From an uncultured delta proteobacterium (GTDB lineage Bacteria; Desulfobacterota; Binatia; Binatales; Binataceae), in NCBI GenBank assembly GCA_963814035.1, contig CAWFBH010000001.1, positions 337,130 to 401,129 of the forward strand: a stretch of 64,000 nt of DNA, read 5' to 3'. Of this stretch, positions 1-13,226 are shown piece by piece; the first letter of the stretch is position 1, and every line of letters begins with the position of its first letter. Under the pieces are notes generated by a model, which was not told the DNA's origin, did no database searches, and worked only from the letters and a program-made list of their open reading frames with translations. The translations under genes were made by a program, and so were the position numbers.

Positions 1-251
1 TCAACATCACGTTCCTCGGCATATCGGGGTATTCGATTTGGCGATGGATTCGTCGACGCGCCCGCTTCGACTTTGAACTCGCTGTCATCGCGATCGTGCT
101 TGCCGGGTCGGTCGTGCAGGCATTCCTCGAATACGGCGAGAACGTCCGCTACCTCGCACCATTGGTGCCCTTGACAATTTACACGGTCGTGGCTTTCTTC
201 TGGCGCCGCTTGGAAAGGGCTACTCGGGGCAGAAGCACAATCGACAGCTGA
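1..251 (+). CDS. 3' end of a membrane-protein gene whose start lies left of the window
   Basis: The frame starting at position 3 is open to a TGA at 249-251 (82 codons). It has no in-window start codon, so it is absent from the ORF track. The translation NITFLGISGYSIWRWIRRRARFDFELAVIAIVLAGSVVQAFLEYGENVRYLAPLVPLTIYTVVAFFWRRLERATRGRSTIDS has two hydrophobic TM-like stretches and GC-rich third positions. Confidence 0.4.
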   Translation, partial: NITFLGISGYSIWRWIRRRARFDFELAVIAIVLAGSVVQAFLEYGENVRYLAPLVPLTIYTVVAFFWRRLERATRGRSTIDS

Positions 252-283
252 GCCCGCGCCCAGCCGCATAAACGAGGGAGCAG

Positions 284-318
284 AAATAAAAGGGCCGGGC
301 GACGAGGTCACCCGGCCC
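284..318 (-). terminator. Rho-independent terminator after hppA (hairpin lies between convergent genes)
   Basis: Read on the minus strand: GGGCCGGG, an 11-nt loop, CCCGGCCC, then TTTTATTT. It lies about 20 nt past the hppA stop at 341. Confidence 0.7.
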
Positions 319-340
319 TGTTGCATGGAGGAAAAAGAAA

Positions 341-2621
341 CTACGCGGCCTGCTTGGTTTCGCCCGCGGCCGGAGCTTCTTCGGCCAGCGAACCGCGCTT
401 GGAGAACACCACCGCGATGGTCAGCATGATCACCGACAGTGCCGTCACGAGGACACGCGTCGTGGTCACGACGTTGAGCGACTGCGTGCAGAACGGCGCC
501 GCCAGGATGCCGACAAGGTTCATCACCTTGATCATCGGATTGAGCGCTGGACCGGCGGTATCCTTGAATGGATCGCCGACCGTGTCGCCGACGACGGCGG
601 CCTTATGAATGTCGGTGCCTTTGCCGCCCAGGAATCCGTCTTCGAATTTCTTCTTCGCGTTGTCCCAGTTGGCGCCCGCGTTCGACATGAACACCGCCAT
701 CAACTGGCCGGTGAGGATGGTGCCGCCGAGGAAGCCGCCGAGCGCGCCCACATCGAGGCCAAACCCGACCATCAGCGGAGCGAATACGGCGAGGATGCCG
801 GGGCCGAGCAGTTCGCGCTGCGCGCTGGCGGTGACGATATCAACGCAGCGGCTGTAATCGGGCTTCTCGGTGTAGTCCATGATGCCCGGATGCTCGCGGA
901 ACTGGCGGCGCACTTCGAACACGACCTGGTAGGCCGCGCGGGTAACCGCTTTGATCGCGAACGAGCTGAACAGGAACGGCACCGCGCCGCCGATCATCAG
1001 GCCGACGAATACGGTGGGCATGTTGATCTGCACGCCGATCGCGCCGAGATGCGCTTCATCTATAAAGGAGCGGAACAGCGAAACGGCCGCCAGGACCGCG
1101 GTTGCGATCGCGAGGCCCTTGGTCAGCGCCTTGGTGGTGTTGCCGATCGCGTCCATCCAGGACAGCGTGCGCGACGCTTCTTCCTGATGGATACCGCCCA
1201 TCTCGAAAATTCCGTGCGCGTTGTCGGTGATCGGTCCGTAGGTATCCATCGCGAGGATGAATCCGGTGGTGGTCAGCAGTCCGAGGCCCGCCAGCGCGAT
1301 GCCGAAGAACTGCAGCGCCAGCGATTCGCGGAAGATGACCATCGCGCCGATGATGGTGGCCGCGATAACCATCAACGCCCACACCGATGATTCCATACCT
1401 TCCGCGAGACCCGACAGAATCAGCGTCGCCGGGCCAGTGCGCGCGGAGGTCGCGGTTTCGGTGACGGGTTTCTTATCCGGATGAGTGAAGTAGTTGGTGA
1501 GCCATAGCGTCACGACGGCGAGGATGATGCCGAGAGTGGCGCATTCGGCGAAGCGCCAGTCAGTGGCGCCGGTTCGCGGGTCCTGCAGATACATCCAGTT
1601 GACGACGAAGAAGCCGATGACCGAGGCGACCGCGGAGACCAGATAGCCGGTGACGATCGGCTTCATCGGATCGCGCATCGCGGTTCCGGCCGGTACGCGC
1701 ACGGCCATGATGCCGAGGATCGAGGAGAACACGCCGACCGCCCGCAGAATCAGTGCGAAGACGATCAGCCTCATCGCGAATGCGCCGGCGAGGCCGCCAT
1801 ATACCGCGATGAAGTCGGGCTCATTGACGGCATAGGCAGCGAGGATGATCGCGGCGACCAGGGTAACTTCGTAGGATTCGAAAACGTCAGCCGCCATTCC
1901 GGCGCAATCGCCGACGTTGTCGCCGACATTGTCCGCGATGGTCGCGGCGTTGCGCGGATCGTCTTCCGGGATTCCCGCTTCGACTTTGCCGACGAGATCG
2001 CCGCCGACATCAGCCGCCTTGGTGTAGATGCCACCGCCGACGCGCATAAAAAGGGCGGCCAATGAGCCGCCGAATCCGAAACCAACCAGCACCTTCATCG
2101 CATCCTGCTGGTAGACCAGGAAGATGATGGTGGCGCCGAGGAGCCCCAGCCCGACGGTCGCCATGCCCGATACGCCGCCCGCCTTGAAGGCGAGTTCCAT
2201 CGCATCCTTGAAGCTGGTCAGTGCGGCATTAGCACTGCGAACGTTACCTCGTACCGCAAGCCACATCCCGATGAAGCCGGCGAGGTAAGACGCACCGACC
2301 CCGAGCAGGAACGCGACGGAAATTCCGAGCGACAACCACAGGTCATGGTAGACGTTGCGGTACATCAGGAACAGCGCAATGAAGATGATCACCACGAAGA
2401 TGGACATGGTGCTCGACCTGGCGTTTGAGATACGCCATTGCGCCTTCTTCCACGGCGTCGCTCACATCGGTCATCGACTTTGGTCCCGGGTTGGCGGCCA
2501 GCACGGTGCGAACCAGGATGCCGCCGTAGAGCAAACCGATCACAGCGGAGCCAAGAATGAACCATAGGATCGCAACCTGCGCGCTGGTCAGCGCCGGCAG
2601 AACGATATTGGCTTCACTCAT
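341..2621 (-). CDS. hppA: H+-translocating (V-type) membrane pyrophosphatase, one frame break near 2405-2420
   Basis: ORF 341..2407 carries hallmark H+-PPase motifs (GGIYTKAADVGGDLVGKVE, DNVGDNVGDCAGMAADVFESYEV). The missing N-terminus (MSEANIVLPALTSAQ...EGAMAYLKRQ) is in ORF 2343..2621 in another frame. Confidence 0.95.
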
Positions 2622-3109
2622 TTAAATTCGATCTCCTGAAAATTTTGGGAATGCGGGATTCAGGTCAACAATGAAATTTCAATCGCACCAGAACCGACAG
2701 AATTGTTTCGTCAGACCTTTGCCCCAAGGGTTATCTGGCGCATCCTAGATTTTCCTGCGGATGAAGTCCAGCAATCTCGGCACTATGAGTTGAGGCATCG
2801 CGAGGCGCGGCCTATGGGCATCTTCGACCTGCTAATGTTGGCATCGAACGAATCTCGATGACGGAAATCTCGCCCGATTGAGATGATCGCTCGGCACGCG
2901 ATTTTCTTATTTCCACAATCGACGGTTTTCGATGTTGATAGACGCGTGCACTCAGGCGATGTCTCGTTTTTCAGCGCGGGATGGTTATGTTTCACCAACG
3001 ACGGGCATCGACGGATCGATTTTGCAAGCGCGCGATCATCTGCATAATGAGATGTGGCGTTGATCCATCTATCCGGCGTGTGTTTATCTGTTAAGGCTTT
3101 AACACCAAC

Positions 3110-4423
3110 ATGAACGTCAATATCGAAGAAAACTCCGCGCTCCGGCGCAAACTCACCATCGAGGTCGAGCCCGACGAAATCAAACGGGAACTCGATAAGA
3201 CCTACAACGAACTGCGCCGCGGCGTGGTGCTGAAGGGATTTCGTCCCGGCCATGCACCGCGCAATTTGCTGGAAAAGTTTTTCGGCGATCAGGTTCGCAG
3301 CGAAGTCCTCCAGAAGCTGGTCAAGGAATACACCGACAAGGCGCTCGAGGAGCACAACCTCAAGCCCATCGTCGAGCCTGAGATCATCAACGAGGAAACC
3401 AATCTTCCCGAGACGCTCAAGTTCAGCGCCGTCTTCGACCTCAAGCCCGAAGTCGTCATCAAGGACTACGAGGGGCTGAAGGTTCCGGAGGAGACCATCG
3501 CGATCTCCGATAAAGATGTCGACGACACTATCGAGCGGCTGCGCGAGCGGCAGGCGAGCCTCAAGAAGGTCGAGGGCCGCGACATCGTCGAGGAAGGCGA
3601 TGTCGCCGTCGTCACCATCGAAGGCTTCGAGGACGGCAAGCCGCTGTCAGAAACCAAGAGCGAGAATCGTCTGCTCGAAGATCTCGAAGACAAGCCTCGC
3701 GCATGGCGTCGATGAGGTGCTGATCGGCGCGAAGATCGGCGAGGAGAATCGCAAGACCAGAACCTACGCGCGCTGATTACGAACAGAAAGACCTCGCCGG
3801 CAAGACCATCGAATGGCGCGCCAACGTCAAGGAAATCTACAAGAAGGAACTGCCCCTCTAGATGACGACTTCGCCAAGGATCAGGGCGACCTCCAGAGTC
3901 TCGCCGAACTGCGCGACCGCGTCCGCACCGATCTGCTGACCCACGCCAAGTCCGAGGCCGATTCGCGCGCGAGGGCGGGACTTGCTCGACCTCGTGCTCG
4001 ATCGCAACAAGATCGACGTCCCCGAATCGCTGGTGACTCGCGAGCAGCGCGCGATGGAGTCCGAGCTGGCCTCGACGCTTCGTCAGGCCGGGATGCCGCG
4101 AAGAGCAGGTGACGGAGCGCGTGCAGGCGCTCGCCGAGGACATCAAGACTCGCGCGCAGAAGCGCGCAGCGAGCAGCCTCGTCCTCGATGCGCTCGCGGA
4201 ACAGGAAAAAGTCGAGGTCACCGACGATGAGTTGGCGGAGCGCATCGGTGCTATAATGAGGCAGGCCGGGACCAAGAATCGGGAGCGATTTCAGGAATTT
4301 TACGCGCAGGAGCAGAATCGCGAGGGTCTGCGGCAGACGATGCGACGTGAAAAAGCGATGGATCAGCTGCTGACGCGCGCGAAAGGTAGCAGCGAACCGG
4401 AGGTGGCGGCGCAACAAACATGA
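3110..4423 (+). CDS. tig: Trigger factor, broken into at least five frame segments
   Basis: The N-terminus MNVNIEENSALRRKLTIEVEPDEIKRELDKTYNELRRGVVLKGFRPGHAP is typical trigger factor. Later segments (DYEQKDLAGKTIEWRANVKEIYKKELP, LDDDFAKDQGDLQSLAELRDRV, LLDLVLDRNKIDVPESLV, and C-terminal ORF 4109..4423) continue in shifted frames. Synteny with clpP-clpX-lon supports the call. Confidence 0.9.
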
Positions 4424-4538
4424 AAAATCCTCGTAAACGTTGGTTCATGTTGCCCGAAAAATCTGAAACCGATAGACTTTATGCAGGGGAGTTAGGCAAC
4501 GCGCCAGGGTGGAAATCCCCCATCCGTGGCTCGGTTTT

Positions 4539-5135
4539 ATGAGCAATCTGGTCCCGATGGTTGTCGAGCAGACCGGCCGCGGCGAGCGAGCGTACGATAT
4601 CTACTCGCGGTTGCTGCGGGACCGCATCATCTTCCTCGGCACCGAAATCAATGACGACGTTGCTAATCTGATTACCGCTCAATTCCTCTTCCTCGAATCC
4701 GAGGATCCCGAAAAAGAGATTAGCCTCTACATCCATTCGCCCGGCGGTTCGGTGACCGCGGGTCTGGCGATTTACGACACGATGCAGTTCATCAAGCCGC
4801 CAGTGTCGACCCTATGCATGGGATTCGCGGCGAGCATGGGCGCGGTTCTGCTCGCAGCCGGCCAGAAGGGCAAGCGCTACGCCCTGCCCCATTCGACGAT
4901 TTGCATCCATCAGCCGCTCGGCGGCGCGCGCGGTCAGGCCAGTGATATCGAGATTCATGCGCGCGAGATTTTGCGGATGCGCGAAGAGCTCAACAACATT
5001 CTCGTGAAGCATACTGGACAGAGTTTGAAGAAACTGGAAAAAGACACCGATCGCGATTACTTCATGGCTCCCGACCAAGCGGTTGAATACGGCCTAATTG
5101 ATGAGGTAATCGTTAGCCGAGGGCCCTCCAAGTGA
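4539..5135 (+). CDS. clpP: ATP-dependent Clp protease proteolytic subunit
   Basis: [34 protein letters not shown]...[20 protein letters not shown]...[14 protein letters not shown] is canonical ClpP. The ATG at 4539 is preferred over the GTG at 4509 listed in the track. Confidence 0.95.
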   Translation: MSNLVPMVVEQTGRGERAYDIYSRLLRDRIIFLGTEINDDVANLITAQFLFLESEDPEKEISLYIHSPGGSVTAGLAIYDTMQFIKPPVSTLCMGFAASMGAVLLAAGQKGKRYALPHSTICIHQPLGGARGQASDIEIHAREILRMREELNNILVKHTGQSLKKLEKDTDRDYFMAPDQAVEYGLIDEVIVSRGPSK

Positions 5136-5151
5136 AGCGTGGGAGGCATTA

Positions 5152-6403
5152 ATGGCGAAGCATGAGGACCGCTCGGGCAATCTGGTTTGCTCGTTCTGTG
5201 GCAAGAGTCAGGACGAGGTCCGCAAGCTCATCGCGGGACCCACTGTCTACATCTGCGATGAATGCATCGACCTCTGCAATGACATAATCGCTGAGGAAAC
5301 CGACAACGAAGAGGCCTTCAGCCAGTCCTCCGCGGTTCCCAAGCCGGCGGAAATCAAGCGGGTTCTTGATCAATATGTAATCGGACAGGAACGCGCCAAG
5401 AAGATTCTCTCGGTCGCCGTCCACAACCATTACAAGCGAATCGATTCGCAGATGGTGACCGGCGACGTTGAACTCCAGAAATCCAACATCCTGCTAATTG
5501 GGCCGACCGGAACCGGCAAGACGCTGCTGGCGCAAACACTGGCGCGCTTCCTTCAGGTTCCCTTCACGATTGCCGATGCGACCTCGCTCACCGAGGCCGG
5601 CTACGTCGGCGAGGATGTCGAAAACATCATCCTTTCTCTGCTGCAAAACGCCGATTACGACATCGAGCGATGTCAGCGCGGCATAGTTTACATCGACGAA
5701 ATCGACAAGATCGCGCGCAAGGGCGACAACCCCTCGATCACCCGCGATGTCTCCGGCGAGGGCGTCCAGCAGGCGCTGCTGAAAATCATCGAAGGCACGA
5801 TGGCGTCGGTCCCGCCCAAGGGCGGCCGCAAGCATCCGCAGCAGGAATTCCTCCAAGTCGATACGACCAATATCCTGTTCATCTGCGGAGGGGCGTTCGT
5901 CGGGTTGGAGGATATCATCCGACGCCGGTTGGCCGGCAAGACGATGGGCTTCCGCGCCGACATGACCCATCGCGACACCAAGTCAGTTTCCGAATTGCTC
6001 TACGACGTGCAGCCGGAGGACCTCCTGAAGTTCGGGTTGATTCCCGAATTCGTCGGCCGTTTGCCGGTTATCGCTACCCTCGGCGAGCTCGATGAGGATG
6101 CGTTGGTGCGCATTCTGACCGAGCCGAAGAATGCGCTGGTGCGGCAGTATCAGAAACTCTTCGACATGGAGAATGTGCACCTCAAGTTCAACCATGCGGC
6201 GCTGCGCGCGATCGCGCGCGAGGCGCTCAAACGGAAGTCGGGTGCGCGCGGACTTCAGGGCCATCATGGAAGCCATCATGGTGGACCTGATGTACGACAT
6301 TCCGTCGCAGCCCAACATCAAGGAGGTCCTGATCTCGGAGGAAACAGTAACCCAGAAAGAACAGCCGCTTTTAGTCTATCAAAAGACGGCAGAGACGGCC
6401 TGA
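5152..6403 (+). CDS. clpX: ATP-dependent Clp protease ATP-binding subunit ClpX, one frame break at about 6257
   Basis: It has the N-terminal Zn-binding CSFCGKS...CDEC motif, Walker A GPTGTGKT, and [10 protein letters not shown]. The C-terminus [18 protein letters not shown]... continues in ORF 6131..6403. Removing one A at about 6257 restores a single frame. Confidence 0.95.
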
Positions 6404-6422
6404 ACGGTCCGGGATCAATCAA

Positions 6423-8902
<2,480 letters not shown>

Positions 8903-8924
8903 ACTAGACAACCTGCTATAGATA

Positions 8925-8963
8925 CCGCGAGGCTGTACCGATAGAGTGCAGCCTCGCGGTTTT
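8925..8963 (+). terminator. Rho-independent terminator after lon
   Basis: CCGCGAGGCTG, a 13-nt loop, CAGCCTCGCGG, followed by TTTT. It lies 22 nt after the lon stop. Confidence 0.7.
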
Positions 8964-8995
8964 AACCGTGCTACGGGAGGGCGCCGCAGCAGCAA

Positions 8996-9319
8996 ATGAC
9001 AAAGGCGGAATTAATCGAGACACTGGCCAACAAGCTTCCAATGAACAAGGCCGAAGCTGAAAAGGCAATCAACATCGTCCTCGAGGATATCATCACGGCC
9101 CTGAAGAAGGGCGAGCGCGTGAACATCTCGGGGTTCGGCACCTTCTCGGTCTCGGATCGGCAGGCGCGCACCGGCCGCAATCCGAAGACCGGAGAATCGA
9201 TTCAGATTTCCGCGAGCCGCTCGGCGAAGTTCAAACCGGGCAAGCAGCTCAAGGATTCGCTGAATGAGGGATTGGAAGGCGCGCCGGCGGCCTCGAGCAC
9301 CAGCAGCTCCGAAGACTGA
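8996..9319 (+). CDS. hupB: HU-family nucleoid-associated DNA-binding protein with a short Ser/acidic C-terminal tail
   Basis: MTKAELIETLA...ISGFGTFSVSDRQARTGRNPKTGESIQISASRSAKFKPGKQLKD is the HU/IHF fold signature. The position after lon matches the widespread lon-hupB arrangement. Confidence 0.9.
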   Translation: MTKAELIETLANKLPMNKAEAEKAINIVLEDIITALKKGERVNISGFGTFSVSDRQARTGRNPKTGESIQISASRSAKFKPGKQLKDSLNEGLEGAPAASSTSSSED

Positions 9320-9342
9320 CGAAATTCATGGATAGGCACCTC

Positions 9343-9382
9343 GCGCCCGCCGGAGCCTCGCTCCGACCGGGCGCATTTTTTT
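9343..9382 (+). terminator. Rho-independent terminator after hupB
   Basis: GCGCCCG, an 18-nt loop, CGGGCGC, then A and seven T residues. Confidence 0.7.
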
Positions 9383-9407
9383 GGTAAGCTCGACCTAACC
9401 ACGCGAG

Positions 9408-9647
9408 GTGCGTAGGATTCATGATATGCGGGTTGCAACCGGAAAAGTCGTGGCCGGCAAAGTAGTTATCGAGGGCGAGCCCTTTGAAGAAGGCACTACC
9501 GTCGCCGTAATCGCCACCGATGATTCGGAGAGCTTCGAACTGACCGCGGAGCAGGAAGCCGAACTCCTCGAATCGATAGCTGAGATCGACCGGGGAGAGT
9601 TCGTCGATGGTGCAGCTCTGCTAAGCAACCTGAAACGCCGCGCTTGA
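9408..9647 (+). CDS. Putative type II antitoxin paired with the downstream ParE/RelE-family toxin
   Basis: It is a small acidic protein. The N-terminal part (GKVVIEGEPFEEGTTVAVI) resembles short beta-rich antitoxin modules. The C-terminal part is LTAEQEAELLESIAEIDRGEFVDG. Its stop overlaps the toxin start in the sequence TTGA. An ATG at 9426 is an alternative start. Confidence 0.55.
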   Translation: MRRIHDMRVATGKVVAGKVVIEGEPFEEGTTVAVIATDDSESFELTAEQEAELLESIAEIDRGEFVDGAALLSNLKRRA

Positions 9648-9945
9648 GAAGTGGGCGTCGAATCCGCGTCTCTCCACGTGCGTCCCGACAGATCGAGTCC
9701 GCTTCCATCTGGTGGACCCGAAACCGGGCCGATGCTGCTGGCCTGTTGCAGCCGAGATTCGCCGGGTCTTCGATCTGATATCGTCCCAGCCTGAGATTGG
9801 TTTGGTTACTCCGAACAGACAGATCACAGGCCTTCGGCGTATCCACCTTTCACGAACTAGATACTGCCTCTACTATCGCACGCGAAGATCAACTCTCGAC
9901 GTGTTGGCGTTCTGGCATTCGAGTCGAGGGTCCAATCCGTTTTGA
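9644..9945 (+). CDS. ParE/RelE-family toxin, one frame break near 9745
   Basis: My own translation from the TTG at 9644 gives LRSGRRIRVSPRASRQIESASIWWTRNRADAAGLLQ. ORF 9712..9945 then continues in another frame as AAEIRRVFDLISSQPEIG...LRRIHLSRTRYCLYYRTRRSTLDVLAFWHSSRG. This layout is typical of ParE-like toxins. Confidence 0.6.
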
Positions 9946-9990
9946 GTTTCGCGTGCAAGGCTCCAAGCGTATAAACTTTCGCTTTGGGAT

Positions 9991-10065
9991 GGGCGGTTAG
10001 CTCAGCGGTAGAGCATCGGCCTTACAAGCCGGGTGTCGCAGGTTCAATCCCTGCACCGCCCACCA
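9991..10065 (+). tRNA. tRNA-Val (anticodon TAC), CCA encoded
   Basis: Hand-folded cloverleaf: acceptor GGGCGGT/ACCGCCC, D arm GCTC-AGCGGTA-GAGC, anticodon arm TCGGC-CTTACAA-GCCGG, variable loop GTGTC, T arm GCAGG-TTCAATC-CCTGC, then discriminator A and CCA. Confidence 0.9.
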
Positions 10066-10400
10066 ACCCGGATGCTTTTAGGCGGCCAATTGTTCGTACG
10101 GACAGCGAACTTCCTGGGATTCGGGAGTCGCATCCGGCTCGATGAGTTTTTTATGCAGCACGGCATCTACGACTACCGCCTCCAAGACTATGAAGCGAAG
10201 TCTGCGTACACTCCGACGGGGCATGACCAAGGAGCGCAAAGTGCGAATGTGCCGGTACGTTTTCGTCCTCGAAGCTAAGCCGATCCTGCGCATCGCCCCG
10301 AGATAGTCGATTCGGCCATCAAAATTCACACTTGCCCGGGTGACGATTCGCTCATTCCGTTTGCGCCGAGGCCGTCCCAGTTGCTAACTCATCGCCATCA

Positions 10401-11156
10401 ATGAGTCCTGGTGAAATCTGGGCGATCGTATTCGCCTGCCTGTTCGCCGGCGGCATGCTCGGCATGTTCTTGCGCAATGTGCTTCCCGAGCATCACCTGA
10501 ACGCCGAATCGAAAGATGCTATCAAGTTCGGCGCCGCCCTGATCAGCACCATGGCGGCACTGGTTCTCGGTTTGCTCGTCGCTTCCGCGAAAGGCACCTA
10601 CGACACGCAGCGCTCGGAGGTCATTGAACTGTCTGCCCGAATCGCCTTGCTTGATAGGATCCTCGCGCACTACGGTCCCGAAGCTGCCACCGTCCGAGAT
10701 CTGCTTCGGCGCTCGGTCACGATGACAATCGATCGTCTGTGGCCTCAGGACCGGTCCGAGCACGCTGAACTTGATCCAACGGGATCGAAGGGCGAGGCTG
10801 CCTATGAGGCCTTGCAAGAACTTTCCCCCAAAACCGATGCGCAGCGATCTCTTCAGGCACAAGCTGAAAATCTGGCGATTGCGATCGGCAACACGCGTTT
10901 TCTGATGTTCGAACAATCCGGCGGCTCGATTTCGATGCCGTTTCTGCTGGTGCTGGTCTTGTGGCTGACGATTATTTTCCTCAGCTATGGGCTTTTCGCA
11001 CCTCGCAACGTCACTGTGATCATCACGATGTTGCTCTGCGCGGTGTCAGTATCGGCGGCAATCTTCCTGATCCTGGAGTTGGACCGCCCGTTCGAAGGAT
11101 TGATTCACATTTCCAGCCGCTCGATGCGCGATACCCTTGCGCATCTGGGACGATAG
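10401..11156 (+). CDS. Integral membrane protein (DUF4239-like by recollection)
   Basis: It has an N-terminal TM helix, a second TM helix (AALISTMAALVLGLLVA), a soluble helical middle, and two C-terminal TM helices ending in LILELDRPFEGLIHIS. The family assignment is from memory only. Confidence 0.45.
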   Translation: MSPGEIWAIVFACLFAGGMLGMFLRNVLPEHHLNAESKDAIKFGAALISTMAALVLGLLVASAKGTYDTQRSEVIELSARIALLDRILAHYGPEAATVRDLLRRSVTMTIDRLWPQDRSEHAELDPTGSKGEAAYEALQELSPKTDAQRSLQAQAENLAIAIGNTRFLMFEQSGGSISMPFLLVLVLWLTIIFLSYGLFAPRNVTVIITMLLCAVSVSAAIFLILELDRPFEGLIHISSRSMRDTLAHLGR

Positions 11157-11181
11157 GCGTCTTTGCGAATTTGTCGCGCGG

Positions 11182-11787
11182 CTATTTCTGCGCGGGGACA
11201 GGAAAGCACGGTAACTGTTTGGAAACCATGTAGTTGTAACGCACATCCCGCCATTCGAAGCTGCCCACCTTGGGCCCGAATTCGTCCGCGACGCTAATCA
11301 TCTGCTCGCTGTCTTCCGCGGTCTCGGGAACGCTCGCCACGTAGGCGAGATAGCGCGGCTTCTGGTCCGGCAGCAGATACTGCAGCGGCGGGTCGAAATG
11401 GAGGTGGTCCAACTTACTCTGGCGACGCCATCCTTCAGGCGAACTGCCGTGCGAACGATAAGCCTCCCATCGATAGCTCTCGCCCACCCGCTGCAGCCGC
11501 ATCTCGCGCGTTTCGATATTCAGGTCCGCGGTGCGCCGGATTTCCTCCACTCCCGGCGGATGGCGAACCAGCTGATCACACTTGGCCCTGCTGTCCTCGT
11601 CTTGAGTGTCTTTCGATGAGTCCTCGTCATTGTCAGACTTGCTGTTAGCAGTGGCGCCGGCCGCCGCCATCTGCTGCGCGCCCGCCATCGCGAGCGGTCC
11701 GGCAGTCTGCAGCGCCGACATCGCGGTCAATCCAGCGCAGCCCGGAAGCGCGGCCATCAGCAAACCGAGCAACAAAAACCTGTACAT
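11182..11787 (-). CDS. Lipoprotein of unknown function
   Basis: The internal ATG at 11787 gives MYRFLLLGLLMAALPGCAG, a signal peptide with a lipobox Cys. An Asp/Ser-rich linker and a globular domain follow. Confidence 0.6.
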   Translation of the reverse strand: MYRFLLLGLLMAALPGCAGLTAMSALQTAGPLAMAGAQQMAAAGATANSKSDNDEDSSKDTQDEDSRAKCDQLVRHPPGVEEIRRTADLNIETREMRLQRVGESYRWEAYRSHGSSPEGWRRQSKLDHLHFDPPLQYLLPDQKPRYLAYVASVPETAEDSEQMISVADEFGPKVGSFEWRDVRYNYMVSKQLPCFPVPAQK

Positions 11788-11831
11788 CGTACCTATGACA
11801 GCCGATATGAGATGCGACCTGAGAGGACCTG

Positions 11832-12188
11832 CTAACGCGTCAGCCACTTCGGATTTGCGATGGAGAGCGCATCCGACAGCGACTGCTTGATGTGCGTGCG
11901 CAGGCGCTCATCGTCGAGGCTGAAGTCGCCCGCGCGAATCCGCTCCGCCAACTCGCGGCTCATCGTTTCGACGTCGCCCTCGTGCCCGAGAATCGCGACC
12001 AGGCGCTCATGCTCGGCTTTGGACTGCCCTTCGCGCATCTCGAGTTCGCGGCGAATCGTGTTCAACACGTTGATGGTGACGCGCACTTTGAACCGATGAT
12101 AACCGTCGAGCGTCGGCATCAGCTCGTCTTCCATGTACTTGGTCGCGGCAACCAGGAGAGTCTTCGCGTCAGGAAAACTTTGCGGCAT
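11832..12188 (-). CDS. Small helical protein, partner of the adjacent APH-like kinase (DUF6285-like by recollection)
   Basis: 118 aa with no TM segment. It lies 21 nt downstream of the phosphotransferase gene on the same strand. Confidence 0.5.
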   Translation of the reverse strand: MPQSFPDAKTLLVAATKYMEDELMPTLDGYHRFKVRVTINVLNTIRRELEMREGQSKAEHERLVAILGHEGDVETMSRELAERIRAGDFSLDDERLRTHIKQSLSDALSIANPKWLTR

Positions 12189-12209
12189 CGTTCTTACTGC
12201 TCCGAATAG

Positions 12210-13214
12210 TCAGTCGCGGCCTTCGATGAGATTGAAGTAATCCCACAGTGGCTCCTCGATGCGGCGGCCGATCGCGCATCGCTCGACGTTTACTTCCTCG
12301 ACCCCGCGGGTCCCGAGCCTCAGGCATCCAGCCGCCCACTTCACCCCGCCCCACGCCTCCCACCATCGCACATGCTTGGGATCGACGCTGTGGCCGCTGG
12401 CTTTCTCGTAGGCCTCGAAGAGCTCCTCGCGAGTGCCGAATCCGCCCACCGGTTTGCGGCCGCCAAAGCGCCAGGTCTTCACGCATACCCACGCGAGGTC
12501 TTCCATCGGGTCGCCGCTATGCGCGACTTCCCAGTCGAGCAGGATGCGGATGCCCTCCTCGCCGACGATGAAATTGCCGTGACGAAAATCACCGTGCACC
12601 ACGGTGTGGCGCGCGCTCTTGGGTGCATTCTCGGCCGCCCACTTGAGTCCGAATTCCAGCGCGGGCAAGCGAAAGCCCGACAGGTCGACGACCTTGTAAT
12701 ATCCGGCGACCATCTGCGCGGCATCCTGGCGACCCAGAAACGGAACCTTTTTCAGATCGATGTTGTGGATGTCGGCGAGGATCTTCCCGCACTGCGCGGT
12801 CATCAGGGTGCGCGCCTTCGCGAATTTCTCCTCGCGCAAAATCTTTGTCGCTAGCGTCTCACCCGCAACGAATTCGGTGATATAGCCCGGATCGAGACCA
12901 TCGGAGGGCTCGAGGATCGCGCGGACCTTAGGCGCTGGAACGCCCGACTCGTAGGCCGCGATCATCAGGCGCGCATCCTCGTCGGCGGTGACCCGAGGCA
13001 TGACGCCTTCGAGGGGATTGGGCTCGTCCTCCTTCGGCTTGCCGGGGATCTGGAGAATCAGATGCAGCCGGTCGGCGCCGACATCGGCCTCGAAGGAATA
13101 GGTGTTCTTGTTCGCGCCGCCGGTCAGCTGATTAAAATTGTGAATGGTGCCGGGCGCGCCGATGTGACGCGCCACGGCAGCCTTGAGCTTCGTCGCAAAA
13201 TCATCGCTAGCCAT
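12210..13214 (-). CDS. Phosphotransferase-family (APH/choline-kinase-like) protein
   Basis: It has the Brenner-type catalytic motif VVHGDFRHGNFIV followed by LLDWEVAHSGDPMEDLAW. Confidence 0.85.
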   Translation of the reverse strand: MASDDFATKLKAAVARHIGAPGTIHNFNQLTGGANKNTYSFEADVGADRLHLILQIPGKPKEDEPNPLEGVMPRVTADEDARLMIAAYESGVPAPKVRAILEPSDGLDPGYITEFVAGETLATKILREEKFAKARTLMTAQCGKILADIHNIDLKKVPFLGRQDAAQMVAGYYKVVDLSGFRLPALEFGLKWAAENAPKSARHTVVHGDFRHGNFIVGEEGIRILLDWEVAHSGDPMEDLAWVCVKTWRFGGRKPVGGFGTREELFEAYEKASGHSVDPKHVRWWEAWGGVKWAAGCLRLGTRGVEEVNVERCAIGRRIEEPLWDYFNLIEGRD

Positions 13215-13226
13215 CAGTTGCCGAAC

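Noticed and set aside
2622-3109. An unusually long (about 490 bp) AT-richer spacer between hppA and tig. I examined it for a tRNA, small ORF or riboswitch.
   Set aside because: I found no cloverleaf-compatible sequence, no T-loop consensus and no convincing ORF. The listed ORF 2783..3355 runs antisense into tig. The spacer is probably a divergent promoter region. I left it unannotated.
10066-10400. An integrase remnant or att-site duplicate downstream of tRNA-Val, including ORF 10078..10329.
   Set aside because: I saw no repeat of the tRNA 3' end, and the ORF product has no recognisable integrase or PIN motifs. The evidence is insufficient.
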